NCBI GenBank assembly: GCA_964016885.1
Contig: OZ024741.1
Coordinates: 116,684,001-116,748,000, forward strand
Origin: Eledone cirrhosa
Lineage: Eukaryota
Direction of reading: 5' to 3'
Length of the DNA stretch: 64,000 nucleotides
The translations under genes and the position numbers were made by a program. This document shows positions 1-13,632 of the stretch, piece after piece (position 1 is the first letter of the stretch; each line of letters begins with the position of its first letter). The notes below the pieces were generated by a model, which ran no database searches, was not told the DNA's origin, and worked only from the letters and a program-made list of their open reading frames with translations.

Positions 1-112
1 TGAACCTCACAGAATTGATATCAAAGGAATGCAGCTTGTGTGGAGGATGGCTGTGCTGGAAAAGACCCATCCAGCCCATACAAGCATGGAAAATAAAACA
101 GACGTCAAAAGA

Positions 113-143
<31 letters not shown>
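1..143 (+). mobile_element. 3' end of an RTE-clade LINE with (GAT)n tail
   Basis: C-terminal 'W..AVLEKT' motif, 3' end AGCATGGAAAA..GACGT then (GAT)n; the same terminus recurs on RTE copies at 16.0, 21.1, 28.3, 30.4 and 30.9 kb. Confidence 0.75.
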
Positions 144-159
<16 letters not shown>

Positions 160-270
160 GGTGGTGGTGGTGGTGGTATATGCTACAAAGTTATTCTCAA
201 TTGTAAGTGGCTGTTTATAAGTAATAGCAGCAACAATCTAACTGTGTAGGAATATATTAAACTCATTCAG

Positions 271-329
271 GAAAATGTTTTATTGTAAAACATTCCAAAG
301 TAATATAATAAAGACAAGAGAAGCTGTTG
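271..329 (+). CDS. Putative exon 1 of an unidentified plus-strand spliced gene (KMFYCKTFQSNIIKTREAV)
   Basis: cattcag acceptor, TTG|gtgagt donor, open frame; exit phase 1 matches the exon at 1911. Confidence 0.4.
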
Positions 330-672
330 GTGAGTTCACTGAGTTAGCAGATTGTTTATTTTGGTTAAAATCACGAAATACAAAGAAATCTTTATTTTTC
401 TTGTTTCTTGGGTATATATGTATTTATATATTTCGAAGAAGGTACAAAATAACTATTGTGTTTACATTCAGATAGACTACCATTCTGTTGAGCTGGCAAT
501 ATCGTTGAAAAGTTTCAAGTACTAAGATGTAGGGGAAATGCTGAAGTTTTATATTTGACAGCAATGGTTTTAATTAGTCAAGGAGATATAGTGAGTCATA
601 GATCCCCCACTCCCCATTTTTGTTTCTGTTAACAAAGAAGTTATTATTATTATTTAAACATGGGCACCAAAA

Positions 673-862
673 GACGGTGGATTGGCAGTATCGGTAGAGG
701 GTCAGACGCCATGCTTTCCAGCATAGTTACGTCCCTTTACGATCTGAGTTCAAATCCCGCCGAGGTTGACTTTGCCTTTCATCCTTACGGGGTCGATAAA
801 ATAAAGTACCAGTAATGCACTGGGTAATTGCTGGCCTTGTGCCAAAAGTAGAAACAATTATT
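673..862 (+). mobile_element. tRNA-derived SINE (family S1, ~190 bp)
   Basis: A-box-like TGGCAGTATCGG, B-box GAGTTCAAATCC, tail GTAGAAACAATTA; near-identical copies at 43.9, 44.3, 52.5, 53.0 and 63.1-63.7 kb. Confidence 0.85.
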
Positions 863-1910
863 ATTTAAACATCATGGCAGTATATTGGCAGTATCACTAA
901 TACATCGGACGATATGCTTTGTAGCATTTGTTCTGGGTTTTACATTCTGAGTTCAAATTCCTTCAAGGTCAACTTTGTAAAGAGGTCAATAGCAATTTTC
1001 TTTATTTAGGTAGAAGAATGAACCTCTTTAGGTTTAAATGATGAGTGTTTCAGTTGTTTGATCAATGGAATGACCTGCATGTGAAATTAGCATGTAAGTG
1101 ACTGAGCATTCCACAGACCCCAAGGATATTCAATGCAATTCAGTGTATGACAAGGCTGGCCCTTTGAATTACAAGTAAGTCTGTCTGATAGGATCCCAAA
1201 CATTTTCTGTCTATCCAATTTCACTCACAAGGCATAGGATGACCTGAGGATATAGTAAATGACATATTCTCAACATACCATGCAGTGGGATTGAACCCAG
1301 GACCTAATGATTGCAAATTGAACTCCTTAGCTAGTCAGCCATGTTGTGTCCACATTTAGGAAATACAGGGTTGTATAGTTCCAGCTGTATATAACAGTAT
1401 TAAAATTGATGTGTTTTACTAGCTTAACATTCTAAGTTTATCCTCTGCTATAGATACAGTAAATAAGTTAAGGCATCTTAACTCCTGATGAAATTGTAGG
1501 GGCACCATTCAGACACAAGGCATGTCTTGAGTATTTTAAACCTGGTAGAGTCCATCCTTCTCCAGGTCAAAACGAAGCCGATATCTTCTAGAGAAAGAAA
1601 GTGAGAGGGAGAGAAGGAGATGAAGGAAGAATTGATGCCAGTACAGAACTGGTACTTTATTTATTAACCTCAAACAGATGAAAGACAAACTTGACCTTGG
1701 TGGGATTAGAACTTAGAGTGCAGTAAAATGGAATAAGCAACAAGGTATTTTTAATCCAATACCCTAACAGTCTTGCTAATCTACTTCTTTATTATTGATA
1801 TAATTAGAAGATATATTAGTTTTCACTAATTGCAGCAAGTGCACCAAAGTTCTCTGTTTGTCTAATGTGAGGAAAAAAGAAATTTCATTTTAATTCTTTG
1901 TTTTTTGTAG

Positions 1911-1995
1911 CAGAAAATGGAAAAAATAAACTTGTCAGCATCTTCACCCTCAATGTTCTTTCTCCTCTTCATCATGAAATTATCTCTGAACTGAA
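1911..1995 (+). CDS. Putative exon 2 of unidentified plus-strand gene (AENGKNKLVSIFTLNVLSPLHHEIISEL)
   Basis: ttctttgttttttgtag acceptor, GAA|gtatgt donor; only the phase-1 frame is open, exit phase 2. Confidence 0.4.
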
Positions 1996-2716
1996 GTATG
2001 TAGCATGTGATTTAATGTTTTAATTACCTGCTTGGATACATCAGAAGATTTAATTAGATTCACCTGCTAAACATCAACAATCATTCATGATTACCTAAAC
2101 ATGTAAGTAATGAAGATTTTTTGGTAACTATTTACTAGAAGAAATATTTGCAAGTTAATAACCACTGACAATGAACAAGGTAAATTTAAAGATTAGCCCG
2201 TTTGATATGAAACTGCCTGAAATCACCCCTGGTTCTACAATATAATTCAGTTTATTTTAAAGTGTTTATCATCATTATCAATATCATATTCAGCATCATC
2301 ATCATTTAACATCTGTTTTGCCCACTAGGAAGGGTTAAATGAGTCATCAAATACAAAGTCAGCAATAATTGGAGATACTGACCTCTCAGATGAGCTGGAA
2401 ACCTGCAGCTCAGGTTCCCACATAAAAACCTGCCTTCATAATTATATGTAAGAACCTTTGTTAAGTTATACTCCAAACACCAGCTTAATAATGAGAAAGT
2501 TAGTTACATTACTAAACCTCTTAAAACTCTCGACTACTTTCAAAATTATTTGAAATGTCTCTGTCATTAGAAATATGGTAACAAAAGGGTTATTATAGAT
2601 TCTGTAGGTGGGCAGGATATAGTATAGCAGTAAGTTTGTGTAGAACTAGTTCATTGACTATCTTCAATTTCCAGTTATAATTTATTTTTCTTTATTAATA
2701 TTACCTTACCTGGTGA

Positions 2717-2870
2717 AGGCATGTGGCTCAGTGGTTAGGGTGTTTAGTTTAGGATCATAAGATTATGAGTTTGATTCCTGGTGGTGTGTTGTATCCTGGA
2801 GCATGACACAGAGCCATAACTGTTATTTGCTCCAGTTGGCAAAAACGAGCTGTACCTGATGACATAAGGC
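2717..2870 (+). mobile_element. Degenerate tRNA-derived SINE (second family)
   Basis: GGCATGTGGCTCAGTGGTTAGG A-box and GTTTGATTCC B-box; related pieces at about 16441, 28975 (+) and 1040-1345, 9770-9900, 39460-39670, 51060-51235 (-). Confidence 0.6.
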
Positions 2871-3960
2871 AGAGTTTCAACTCAGAATGCACACAAAGCA
2901 ATCCAAAACAGATAACACAAAGCAATCCATCCAACTCTTGAGCAATTACCTCAACCCACAGCCCATGGTATGGTACTTTATTTATAGATCCTCAAGAGAA
3001 AAAAAGCAAAGTTGAGCTCAACTGCATTTGAGCTCAGAGCTCAGATAGCTGAGCAAATACCAAGGCATTTAATCTGACAGATGTCTTAACAACTCTACCA
3101 ATTCATTGCCTAATTACAAATCATGGGGAAACTTCTGGAAAATTTCCATTTCAGTATATTATTTTTGCAACAGTGGTGGTGATGGTGTCGAAATTAGTGG
3201 AGGTGATAGCAGTGACAATGATGATGGTGGTATTGGTGGGGATGGAGTTCCAAATTAACTCAAATTTATAGACTATGCATTTCAACTTTATCATGCTATT
3301 CAAGTCTTCATCTTTCTGAGAATGACATCTCATAATTTAAATGTTATCAGATATCAATTACTATCTAACCTTCTTTCGTCTTGAACTGTTTCAGTATAAT
3401 GTAAGATAATTGTCTAACATTGCACACTGATGTGGTACATCATCCCAAAACTGCTGTATGTAGATATAACTAATTATATACACACACACATATATATATA
3501 TATATAAATATATTATTTATATATACATATACATGTATACACACACAAATATATATAAGTATATATATTTATATATACATACATATATATTCATATACAT
3601 GTATACACACACACACATATATATAATATATATTCCCAGTAAGATATTTTTGTTTGTTTTCTTCCTGTAGAAGATGAATAAACTACACCTACGTTGAAAA
3701 TATTACCAATGTTTATGAGAAACACACAAACATTATTGAGTTATATTTCTATGTATAGAAACATTTTAATATCTTCTGTTATCAGATACTGTTTCCTGAG
3801 ATATCTTATCATCATCATATGAAGTTGGCCTTTCTAAAAGTATTTAGAAAGTACAACTGAGAGGTCAGTAGCTATACTTGAGTACAGACTTGGTCTGTGA
3901 AGATCCATCCAACCCTTGCTAGCAGAGAAGATGGACATTAAATAATGATAATGATGATGC

Positions 3961-3998
<38 letters not shown>

Positions 3999-4677
3999 GT
4001 TAGATGTGTTTTATGTACATTAGGAGGTCAACTTTTTGCTTAGTTTTCTATGGCTGGATACCCTTCCTAAGGCCGACTAATTCATAACATATACTGGGAA
4101 CATTTTCCATGGCACCAGCACTATCACCTTGCAGTGTGGACTAGGTGCTTTTTGTCATGGCACCAGCTTTATCCCCTTACAGAGTAGATAAGGTTCCTTG
4201 TATTATTACTACTGGTTTTATATCTGATATTATATGAAACAATAAAAATCTCATTTGGAAATATTGCTAGATGTATTTGAATTAGTTATTGAAGAATTTG
4301 GAGGGATTTACTAAAATTGTTAATTATTTCCTTATTAAAATGGTATTTGTAACATAATTTAACAAAAGTAAAATTGTGTTGGAAGGTTTTAATTTAAATA
4401 CAAATCTTTTAAAATGGGTGGTTTGGGATGGGTTGGGCTGGTATCAAAATGGATAAAGATCAGTTTCTATTTTCTAGTATTTTTCATGGTTGGGCAATGA
4501 ACAGGTCTTAAGGTTACTGGATATATAGGATCCCACCTGTACATAAAATCTCTAAACTTCTTGGTTATTTTTTTCAGCAACTGACAGTGTTTATCTCATT
4601 CACTTCACTTCCAAATAATGTTTACCACTGCGACCAGCTTAGCTTAGCTTGCCTATTGCTAGGCTGGTTACAGAGAT

Positions 4678-5060
4678 TTAACCATTTAGCATTTAAACCG
4701 GCCATATCTGGCCAGAATTCTCTCACCTCTTTCTGCTCAAGCTGGCTGTAATCAGCCACTCATACTGATGTTAAGGTATTGTTCTCAAAAGAAATAATAT
4801 CAAAATCTTATAGATTCGATATTATGTGAGATAAAGCCTTCACCGCGAAAATATAATAGTAAATATAGAGTAATGTAGACAGTTATGAGTAATAATAAAT
4901 AAACTAAGTGATCTAAACATAAAAAAGCAGTGATACATATGATTCTACAGTTGAATTTTACTGTTAATTAATGTTTTTTTAAATTTTTTGCTATGAAATA
5001 ACAAAATATAAGATACCCCCACCCCCACCGCTCATCACTTCATGGTAATGGAATGGGTTA
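4678..5060. mobile_element. TTAA-flanked (piggyBac-type) MITE
   Basis: TTAACCATTTAGCATT...AATGGGTTAA ends; internal sequence is the reverse complement of the copy at 13910-14123. Confidence 0.6.
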
Positions 5061-5704
5061 ACCAGTTAGAATAACAAGATTTTCTATTCCACTTCTTTTT
5101 CTTTCAGTTCATTTTTTAATTGTTTCTATTTCTTTAATGCTTATCCTTACAAATATTCCACAGGTATGGTTAGGTAAAATAATAATAATAATAATAATGT
5201 CAAATAAAGAAATAAATAAAAAGGCAAACAAAATGCCAAAATAAAATAAAATGTTATAAAAAAAAAGTAAAACGAAGCAAAAGAGTAAATCATTATAAAC
5301 TGATTTATTCAGACTAGTTACTTCCTCTTGGTTGTTGTAGTCACAATATTTCAGCAGTTGCATCCTTCAAATGCTTGTTATGTTTGGTAATGTTCTTGGA
5401 ATTTTGAATCAACCCCTTTGGTCACACCACAGAGGCATATAATTTTCATTCTGTTGTCTATACACCTGAGTATCTTACTATTACCTAGTTACTGGTGATG
5501 TCACTCTTACAGACCTGTCAAATCTCCCAATCTGACGAGGAGATCTCCCACCCACTTTCAGGGTGGGTTAGAAATGTCTTCTCTTGTGAAAATGTGTATA
5601 GCTTTTATTATGTAAAATCTCCCCATTTTGGGGCACCTTTTTTCATGGTTTTCCCAATTTGTGTTTTTAGAGGTTGGCAGGTCTGCCCTTAACATCCTGT
5701 AATT

Positions 5705-6010
5705 ATTTAGCAGAAAATATTTATAAATAACTTTGTTAATTTAAATATTTATAGTATCTTTACAAGTGGACAGATCATTGTGAAAATTTGCAGTAAATTA
5801 AAGCAAAGACTTTAACCTTTAATGAGATGCAGCCATAGTACTGTTTTGTACTTTTCAAGAATGTTTAACTAATGTAGTGTCATATAGTTTGTTAATTTCA
5901 ATATTTATAGTATCTTTACTAGTGGACAGATTATTGTGAAAATTTGCAGTCAATTAAAATAAAAAGTTTAACTTTAATGTGATGCTGTCACAGTTTTGTA
6001 TTTTTAAGAA
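5705..6010. repeat. Local tandem duplication (~150 bp unit)
   Basis: tttgttaattt..atatttatagtatctttac..gtggacagat..ttgtgaaaatttgcagt occurs twice. Confidence 0.7.
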
Positions 6011-7688
6011 TGTGGTTTCATGTGGTGCAGGATGGTAGAGTTGGACTCAAGATGCAACAGGTAGACTATCACTATTAACAATTAACCAATAGTTACACTG
6101 ACAGTGCTATTGTCACAGAGGACAATTATATGATGGAATTTAGGAACTTTAAATAAGTTTTCTTTTTTAACAATTTAACCAATAACCACTAACTCATACA
6201 AGGATATCCCATACATGGACAACGAATGGGAACAATCTATTTCTGTCAGTTGAATAAAGGGTTTGGTTCCAAATTCCAACAACATTACTAGAGATAAAAG
6301 ACATCCGAGGATGGCCTGAGGGTACAAAGACCAAAATGTTGTACTTATATCATTCAAGTTAAGGACACATGTTTGAATAATTCAGTGTATAATAATAATT
6401 CTTCATCACAGAAATCCAGACAAAAGTGTAAACCCTAAAAATAAAATAAATCGCTCATTCAAATATTTGTTTTAAATTTTAATCTATTTTACTAAAATAG
6501 TATCAACAAATATTTTACGGTTCATATATATTCTTTCACTATATTTCTATTTTTTTATTTTTTGTATTCGAGATATGAAAAATACCAAAGAAAAATGTTC
6601 TATTTCCCTGTCTATTGTTTACAAAACTCACCATTGATATGGTTCTATTATATTTCATGTCTTCTTTCTCTTCTGAAGAACTTGGATCCTGGTATGAGAA
6701 ATTTACCGAAGAGAACATAAATAAATAAAATAATAGATATGGGAGGTAAAATAACCCAAAACAGAAAAGCCTTCACATCTTATACACAGCTCTATATTTT
6801 CATAAAAAATAATTAATTAAATCAGAAAAAGAAATTTTTAACATAGAAAATTCACAATTAGCAACAAAATAAATTTGAAACAATTTTTTTTATTTGTTTA
6901 TTTTGTCCTTTTTTTTTTACATCTCTCTCCCCTATTTTGTTCTTTATATACTCTTCAAAGTTAGTATACAAACGTAAGATAGGCATAGGCCAGATGTAAA
7001 ATGTAGCCCCTCTTTCACCCTACCTCATAAAAATGATAATAAACCCAGTCCAGATGTAAAATGTTAATATCCAAATCTGGTAATAGACCCAAGCAAGATG
7101 AACAATGTTGACCATCCTTCCTAAAAAAACTGTTGATAGGCCAAATCAGATGTAAAACCCTGCAGTCCCACCACTAAAACTGGTATAGCTGGTTTAGTTT
7201 GATATAAAATGTAGGCTCTCAAATCTGGAAATAGGTCCATAAAACTGGTAATTGGCCCAGATAAGATGTGAAAAAAGGTCTTCCTAAAGCTGGTGGTAGG
7301 TTCAGACCAGATGTAAAATTTTGAAAATTCCACTAATCTTCACCCTTAATTTCATGTTTCCAATCTTCTATCTGAAGCTTAGTAATATGAAGCAAGAAAT
7401 GGAGAGAACTCACAATCTAAGTGGACACAAGTCTTTTGGAACAATTTTAGACAAATTAATGGGACTTCAGAACACTGCAAAAGGGAGTTTCAGTTTTACA
7501 ATTATGAAGATAGTCTCAGTTGATTGAAATTTTTTCCCACTCACCATATTCAAAATGCAAGACTATTTGTATGTATACACTCCATGCATTTCACTCCCTT
7601 CAGAGTTGGGCGGGTATTACAGGCACATATTTACACCTATGTGTTTATTTACACCATATAGGTTTCAAAAATAGGCTGTATCACTTAT

Positions 7689-8098
7689 GATAATAATATC
7701 AATAAAAAATTGTAAAATAATATCATTAAAAAAAGTCAAACAAATGAGAGACACAGAAAACTCGGAGAAGACGGACATATGGAGAATTCCCAATTGTCAG
7801 CTGTTTACTGGGTCTCTTTGTGGTTTCAGTGACTTTAAAAGACAGTACTAGTCTTTCCTGGCATCAATAGTCTCTAAGGAAAGGGAGCGAATCTAGTATC
7901 AGAGGCTTTAAAAGACAATACTACAATTCTCAGAGACATCAATAATTTCTAAAGAAAGAGAGCTATTCAAGATGAATAGCACCCAAAACTACAAAGACAC
8001 TCAGTGGACAGCAGGAATTCTCCATGCATCCATCTTTTCTAAGTTTTCTGAGTCTTTGATTTGTTGCAGTGTTAATTTTTTTATTGATATTATCATGA
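7689..8098. mobile_element. Old fold-back element/MITE with ~140 bp degenerate inverted repeats
   Basis: ataatatcaataaaaaatt..cagaaaactcggagaagacggacatatggagaattcc versus ggaattctccatgcatccatcttttctaagttttctg..aatttttttattgatattat. Confidence 0.55.
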
Positions 8099-9382
8099 CC
8101 ATCACTGTCTATTTTCTATGCTTGTATGAGTTAAGCTGTCGTGTGCTGAGGTCAGACTGGTCAAGTGACTAGATCCTGCTCATATGCTTTGTTTTAGCTT
8201 AATTTCCACAGCAGGATGCCTTTCTTAATGCCAACCATTTTACTGCATGTACATATATATGTAATCTTTTATTTTTTTTATTCTCGACAACATTTGGTAA
8301 TCATGCAGAGAGAGAGAGAGAGTTTTCACTGATTATTTCAACAAACAGTTCCTCCATGTCAATGGCAGTGACAGCATGGGTTTGTCTATGTCGACACATA
8401 TTTACAGTTAGGGGAGCTCTGGTAATTTGGATGTCAGTCTCATTGTTAAGAAGACAGAGTAAAGTCCCTTTGTGAGTGAGATGGGTGACAGTGAGAGTGG
8501 AGTTGTAATGAGAGAGGATGGGGGAGGGAGACAGAGTTGAGTAACAATGAGGGTGGGGGGTGACACACTGGAGTGGCAATGAGAGGGTGGGAGTGACAGT
8601 GAAATGGTAATGAGAAGGTGGGAGGAGTATACTGATATATTGGGCTGCTGGGTGGCAATGAGAGGGTGTGGGGAGGAGTATACAGATATATCAGGCTGCT
8701 GGCATCTGGGCAAATCAGTCAACCATGACTTTTCAATAACAATCAGTTAAGAAACTAAACAAACATGTTTATGATTCCATGGAATGACATAACATAGACA
8801 TCTATCTTCCTTTTACTGGGCAGAAGGCCAATTGTGGTTGGGTAGGACATCAGGGTGGGGTGAAGGAAGAATTTGGTTGATTGGGTTGTGGAGTAGGCGA
8901 TGGGGTAGAGTGGGATGTGGGTAGACTGGGTTGTTGGGGTAGACTGGGTTGTGGGGTAGACAGGGGTGGTGAGGTGGACTGTGTTGGTGAGGTAGATAGG
9001 GGTGGCGGAGTAGATTTTTGGAATCAAAAGAAATTTCTTGAGGTATTTATTTACAACTATTTTACATTCTGAGTTGCAATCCTGCTAAAATCACCTTTGG
9101 CATTCATCTTTCCAGGTTCAATAAATTAAAGACCAATAAGGTACTGGAATCAATTTAATAATTTAATTGACTTTGAACCACCACCACCATCACTCCCACA
9201 CCACCACCACCACCACCACCACCACTCCAGCATTTTCTCCTCCCACCAAAAATATATGGTCTTGTGCCACTCTTAGAAATAATTTCAGTGGTTCCTACCA
9301 AAATTATTTATTTTACATGGACAAAAAATTATATCTTGCCTAGTTGCTGGCATGGCTGTGTGGTTAAGTTCATTTCACAAAC

Positions 9383-9760
9383 ATCATCATCATCGTTTTT
9401 ACGCCTGTTTTTCCATGTGCGTATGGGTTGGATGGATCTATTTCAGCACAGCATCTCTCCACTCACTGCATTCCTTTGTCATTTCCTCTGTGAGTCTCAG
9501 TGATTTGAGATCAGCTCTCACCACCTCTGTTCAGGTCTTCCTTGGTCTACCTCTACTGCAGTTTCCTTGTACTCATCCAAGCTCTGCCTTTCTCTCACAT
9601 TTATATTGCACATCTAACAAAGCATGGTTGCTTCATTTCTCTCAAGTCTACACGTGTCCTCTGCAGTCATAGCCCATGTTTCACTACCATGCAGTATCAC
9701 ACCTTGCACATATGATTCAAAATTCAGTCCTGTTGCTGGGATTAACCTCCTGCTATTGTT
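9383..9760 (-). mobile_element. Decayed RTE LINE 3' fragment
   Basis: 'ILHGSETWAMTAED..RLERNEA' motif and (GAT)n tail. Confidence 0.75.
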
Positions 9761-10160
9761 GTTGCTCATCTTTTTTTTCAGCTGACTGGACTGGAGCAAT
9801 GTGAAATGAAACATCTTGCTCAAGGATTCAAAGCAGTGCCCAGTCTAAGAATTGAACCTACAGCCTTATGACCCTGATCCCATCACTCTATCAATAAAAC
9901 ACCCGAGAAACCTATTAGGGAACTGCACCTGTCTGTATCTGTATATTCTGAGGAATGGTAGGCAGGAATGGTATGAATGTCATAAACATAGAAACATAGA
10001 AACAGCAATAAAATAATCACTTGATAATTGGAATGTAAAAATTACTAATTAATAAGTGATATATAAGTAAGTAAGCTTTACTAATCAGAACAATTTATTT
10101 ATTTGTTTATTGTGGTGAGATTTGGCGACATCCCAATTTTTTTTTTTTTTTTTTTTACAG

Positions 10161-10231
10161 CTTGCTGGTTTGCAACCAAAATATTAATATCAGTTATCAT
10201 GATATAATATATAAGAATGTTATCATATATG
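10161..10231 (+). CDS. Putative exon 3 of unidentified plus-strand gene (LLVCNQNINISYHDIIYKNVIIY)
   Basis: T20-acag acceptor, ATG|gtaagg donor; open in phase 2, matching the exit phase of exon 1911-1995. Confidence 0.45.
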
Positions 10232-11477
10232 GTAAGGGATATTACACTGTTGGTGTTTTAAATGGGAGCAAGGAAGGAGGAGTTGATTTTGATGGTAATG
10301 GTGGTGGTAGATATGGGGGAATGGCTTCAATTTCATCATCAGCAGTAAATAAAAATGAGATGGGTATTTTGTTTGGGTCCCACTGATTAACTTTTCACTG
10401 TATCCTTAGTAACTACCCTATGCCACCGATTGTATAAAATTACCATGAACAGTGGGTCACACAACATGATGAAATGAAGAAGATAATAACGTTATATCCT
10501 CTTAGGGAGGCATTCACCCAGAACATGAGAAAACTGTTAACTGATTGCTCACCTTGCTAGAAATAGCAGTCAGTTCTCCACCCACAAAATTTAAACTTAT
10601 GGTGTTAAATGATGATGTCAGTTTCAGTTCTTTGTATGGTAACTTTATGCTCTAGAAAGGAGAGCAGGCAAAGTTGACTGACTTGCATGGGATCTAAGCT
10701 CAATTGATTATGCCATCTTGTGGCATCACTTTCTATTTCTGACAACACACAGACGTGTGTGTGTGTAAAAGTCTGAGAGATCAGCTACATATATACGATG
10801 TTTGTTGGCATGTAAAAGCTGTGATTCAGCAATCTAATTTAAGATGGTAAGAGTTGTTACAGTCCCTTGGCTTAATGGTATAAAGCACCTAGAAAGTATC
10901 TGGAAGATATGGGGTTTGATTCTTCATAGCAGCTGAAGACAACTTCCTTTTCTATCTTTAATAGTCTTCACCCTATTTTATAGCATCTCTATGCATGAGT
11001 ACACCAGTCTTTATGTATATATATATAAGTACATATATGCATATATAAGTAATAAAAGCATACATGATATGTTTATGTATAATAAATTGTTATAAATCTT
11101 TCTTAAACCTGTGATCATGTCACAGCTATCTCAATAATGGTGCTTCTGGATTTTTATCCATTGTCTTTGTAATTATTTGCATATGAAAATCGGTCGAAGA
11201 TGCTCATTTGCATATTGTGTGAACTTAACTGGTTAGTGTTAATTAAAATGGCACTAACATAGAGTGTTTCATAATAGGGGTGTATATGAAATCATGTACA
11301 ATATGTTTATGTATAATATATGTATGAGAGACTCACTATGAAGTTATATTTTACAAGTTCACATTGGTTTCAAAAAATTCTATTTGCTCTTGAATGGTTT
11401 GCAAAGTAAATAAAATGAAGATTATTTAAAAATCGAAATAAATTTTCAGCTTAAATTTGTTATGCTCCAACTCATAT

Positions 11478-11563
<86 letters not shown>

Positions 11564-12182
11564 ATACACACACACACACACACACACACAGCATAACTAC
11601 CTCATATAATTGTATGAGCATCTGATGATGGCACATGAGGCCTATTAATGTTGTAACCATTACTAACCACCATGTCATTGAAATATATATTATTCAATAA
11701 AACAATTATGTAAATGTAACTCTGTCTTAACACTATTACATAAATGGAAACTCTGTCACTCTTAATCCCAACCTTAACGTTGGAGATATACTACTGACAT
11801 AAAGTGCTTTTTAACTGCTTAAACCAGATCATCTTTGTGGCATTACAATGTAACCTTTAAGGATAAGCACCCTAATTATCTGCATATATATATAAATATG
11901 TATATATATATAAACAGAAAAAATGAAACGAAATTTCATTTCTCATTCTTAGTACGGCTGTTACTTAAATATAAGTATGTATACGTACATACATATATGT
12001 ATACAGACGTACAGTAGTATGTATATATATATATATATACACAAACATGCACACATATATATATGTACGTATGGATTCACCGAACATTTATTATAATGCT
12101 CGGTGTGTTTGTAAACAAACATCCCGAATTAAGCCGTACAGTGTCTAGCAACCATCGTTGCTCATTTGTTCAACACTGACAA

Positions 12183-12239
12183 AGGAACGATGTACTAGTT
12201 TCAAGCTTATTAGCTATCGTCAGCAACGTATACCTTCCT
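12183..12239 (-). ncRNA. Second, inverted copy of the hammerhead ribozyme
   Basis: Reverse complement of 12492-12548 with one stem I mismatch (CATCG). Confidence 0.7.
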
Positions 12240-12491
12240 GCCAGATGGTTGAACGTCTGAAAGTATATACTTTCCCTATGCATACGCCTGTATACATATA
12301 TGTATGTACGTATACATACTTATATTTAAGTAACAGCCGTACTAAGAGTGAGAAATGAAATTTCGTTTCATTTTTTCCGTTTATCGTTTTCGGTACCCCG
12401 GTCGATTAACTCACTCGATATGCAAATTAGGCTGCTCAGCCGTTGATATGCATAGGGAAAGTATATACTTTCAGACGTTCAACCATCTGGC

Positions 12492-12548
12492 AGGAAGGTA
12501 TACGTTGCTGACGATAGCTAATAAGCTTGAAACTAGTACAGCGTTCCT
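12492..12548 (+). ncRNA. Type I hammerhead ribozyme
   Basis: Stem I CGTTG(12503-07)/CAGCG(12539-43), core CTGACGA(12508-14), stem II AGCT-AATA-AGCT, GAAA(12529-32), palindromic stem III ACTAGT, GTA cleavage triplet; AGGAA/TTCCT extends stem I. Confidence 0.8.
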
Positions 12549-12691
12549 TTGTCAGTGTTGAACAAATGAGCAACGATGGTTGCTAGACACTACGGCTTAA
12601 TTCGGGATGTTTGTTTACAAACACACCGAGCATTATAATAAATGTTCGGTGAATCCATACGTATATATATATGTGTGCATGTATGTGTATA

Positions 12692-12723
<32 letters not shown>

Positions 12724-12822
12724 CATACTACTGTACGTCTGTATACATATATGTATGTACGTATACATATATATATATAATATATATGTGTGTGTGTGTG
12801 TATATATATATATAAATATGTA

Positions 12823-12900
<78 letters not shown>

Positions 12901-12925
12901 CATGTGTGTATATATATATACATAA

Positions 12926-12983
<58 letters not shown>

Positions 12984-13297
12984 ATATATATATGTGTGTG
13001 TGTGAACTTAATATAACTGTGTACAATTGCTTCCTGTGTTTTGTTCGTTCATTTTCAACTACACACACATATATATAGTTCTTTTGTGATAGTTAATCCA
13101 TTGTTGGTTTTCAAATTGTACTTGTTGGATGCACAACATCAAAACCCACCCGGGACATATTGCACTTTGAACAAAAGATTGTACAATAGCTGTCTGATGA
13201 AGTTGTATCTTTCATATAATAGATATCACTAAAATATGTATAACAGTAATAAAGTAATCAATAAAATGATGTAAGATTCAATCATATTGATTTCTTC

Positions 13298-13363
<66 letters not shown>

Positions 13364-13592
13364 TAAACAAATAATGAACAAACAATTCCTTATATTAAAC
13401 AAAAAAAGTTCACTATTTAACGATCGTTTCTAGGGTATATATGTGTTATAATTGGTATGCATATTTAACAGATCTATGTACAAAATTATACAAAATTATA
13501 CAAATTATCAAGATTAAATATACATACCTAACTCATATATACGCCGTCTTCAGAAATAATGGACACTACCGTAAACTCTTGGTAGATTTATC

Positions 13593-13632
<40 letters not shown>

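Larger units (their letters stand above)
11911..12767 (+). mobile_element. Non-coding hammerhead-bearing retrozyme/Penelope-type element, layout A-B | A'-C-B'-A'(partial), in (TA)n
   Basis: 11911-12284 is the reverse complement of 12283-12384 plus 12447-12767; second family copy at 42363-42890. Confidence 0.75.

Noticed and set aside
12583-13068. Long YI/HT/CV-repeat ORFs here and at 18.9, 23.2, 26.4, 54.0 and 59-62 kb
   Set aside because: Translations of (TA)n, (CA)n and (GA)n microsatellites
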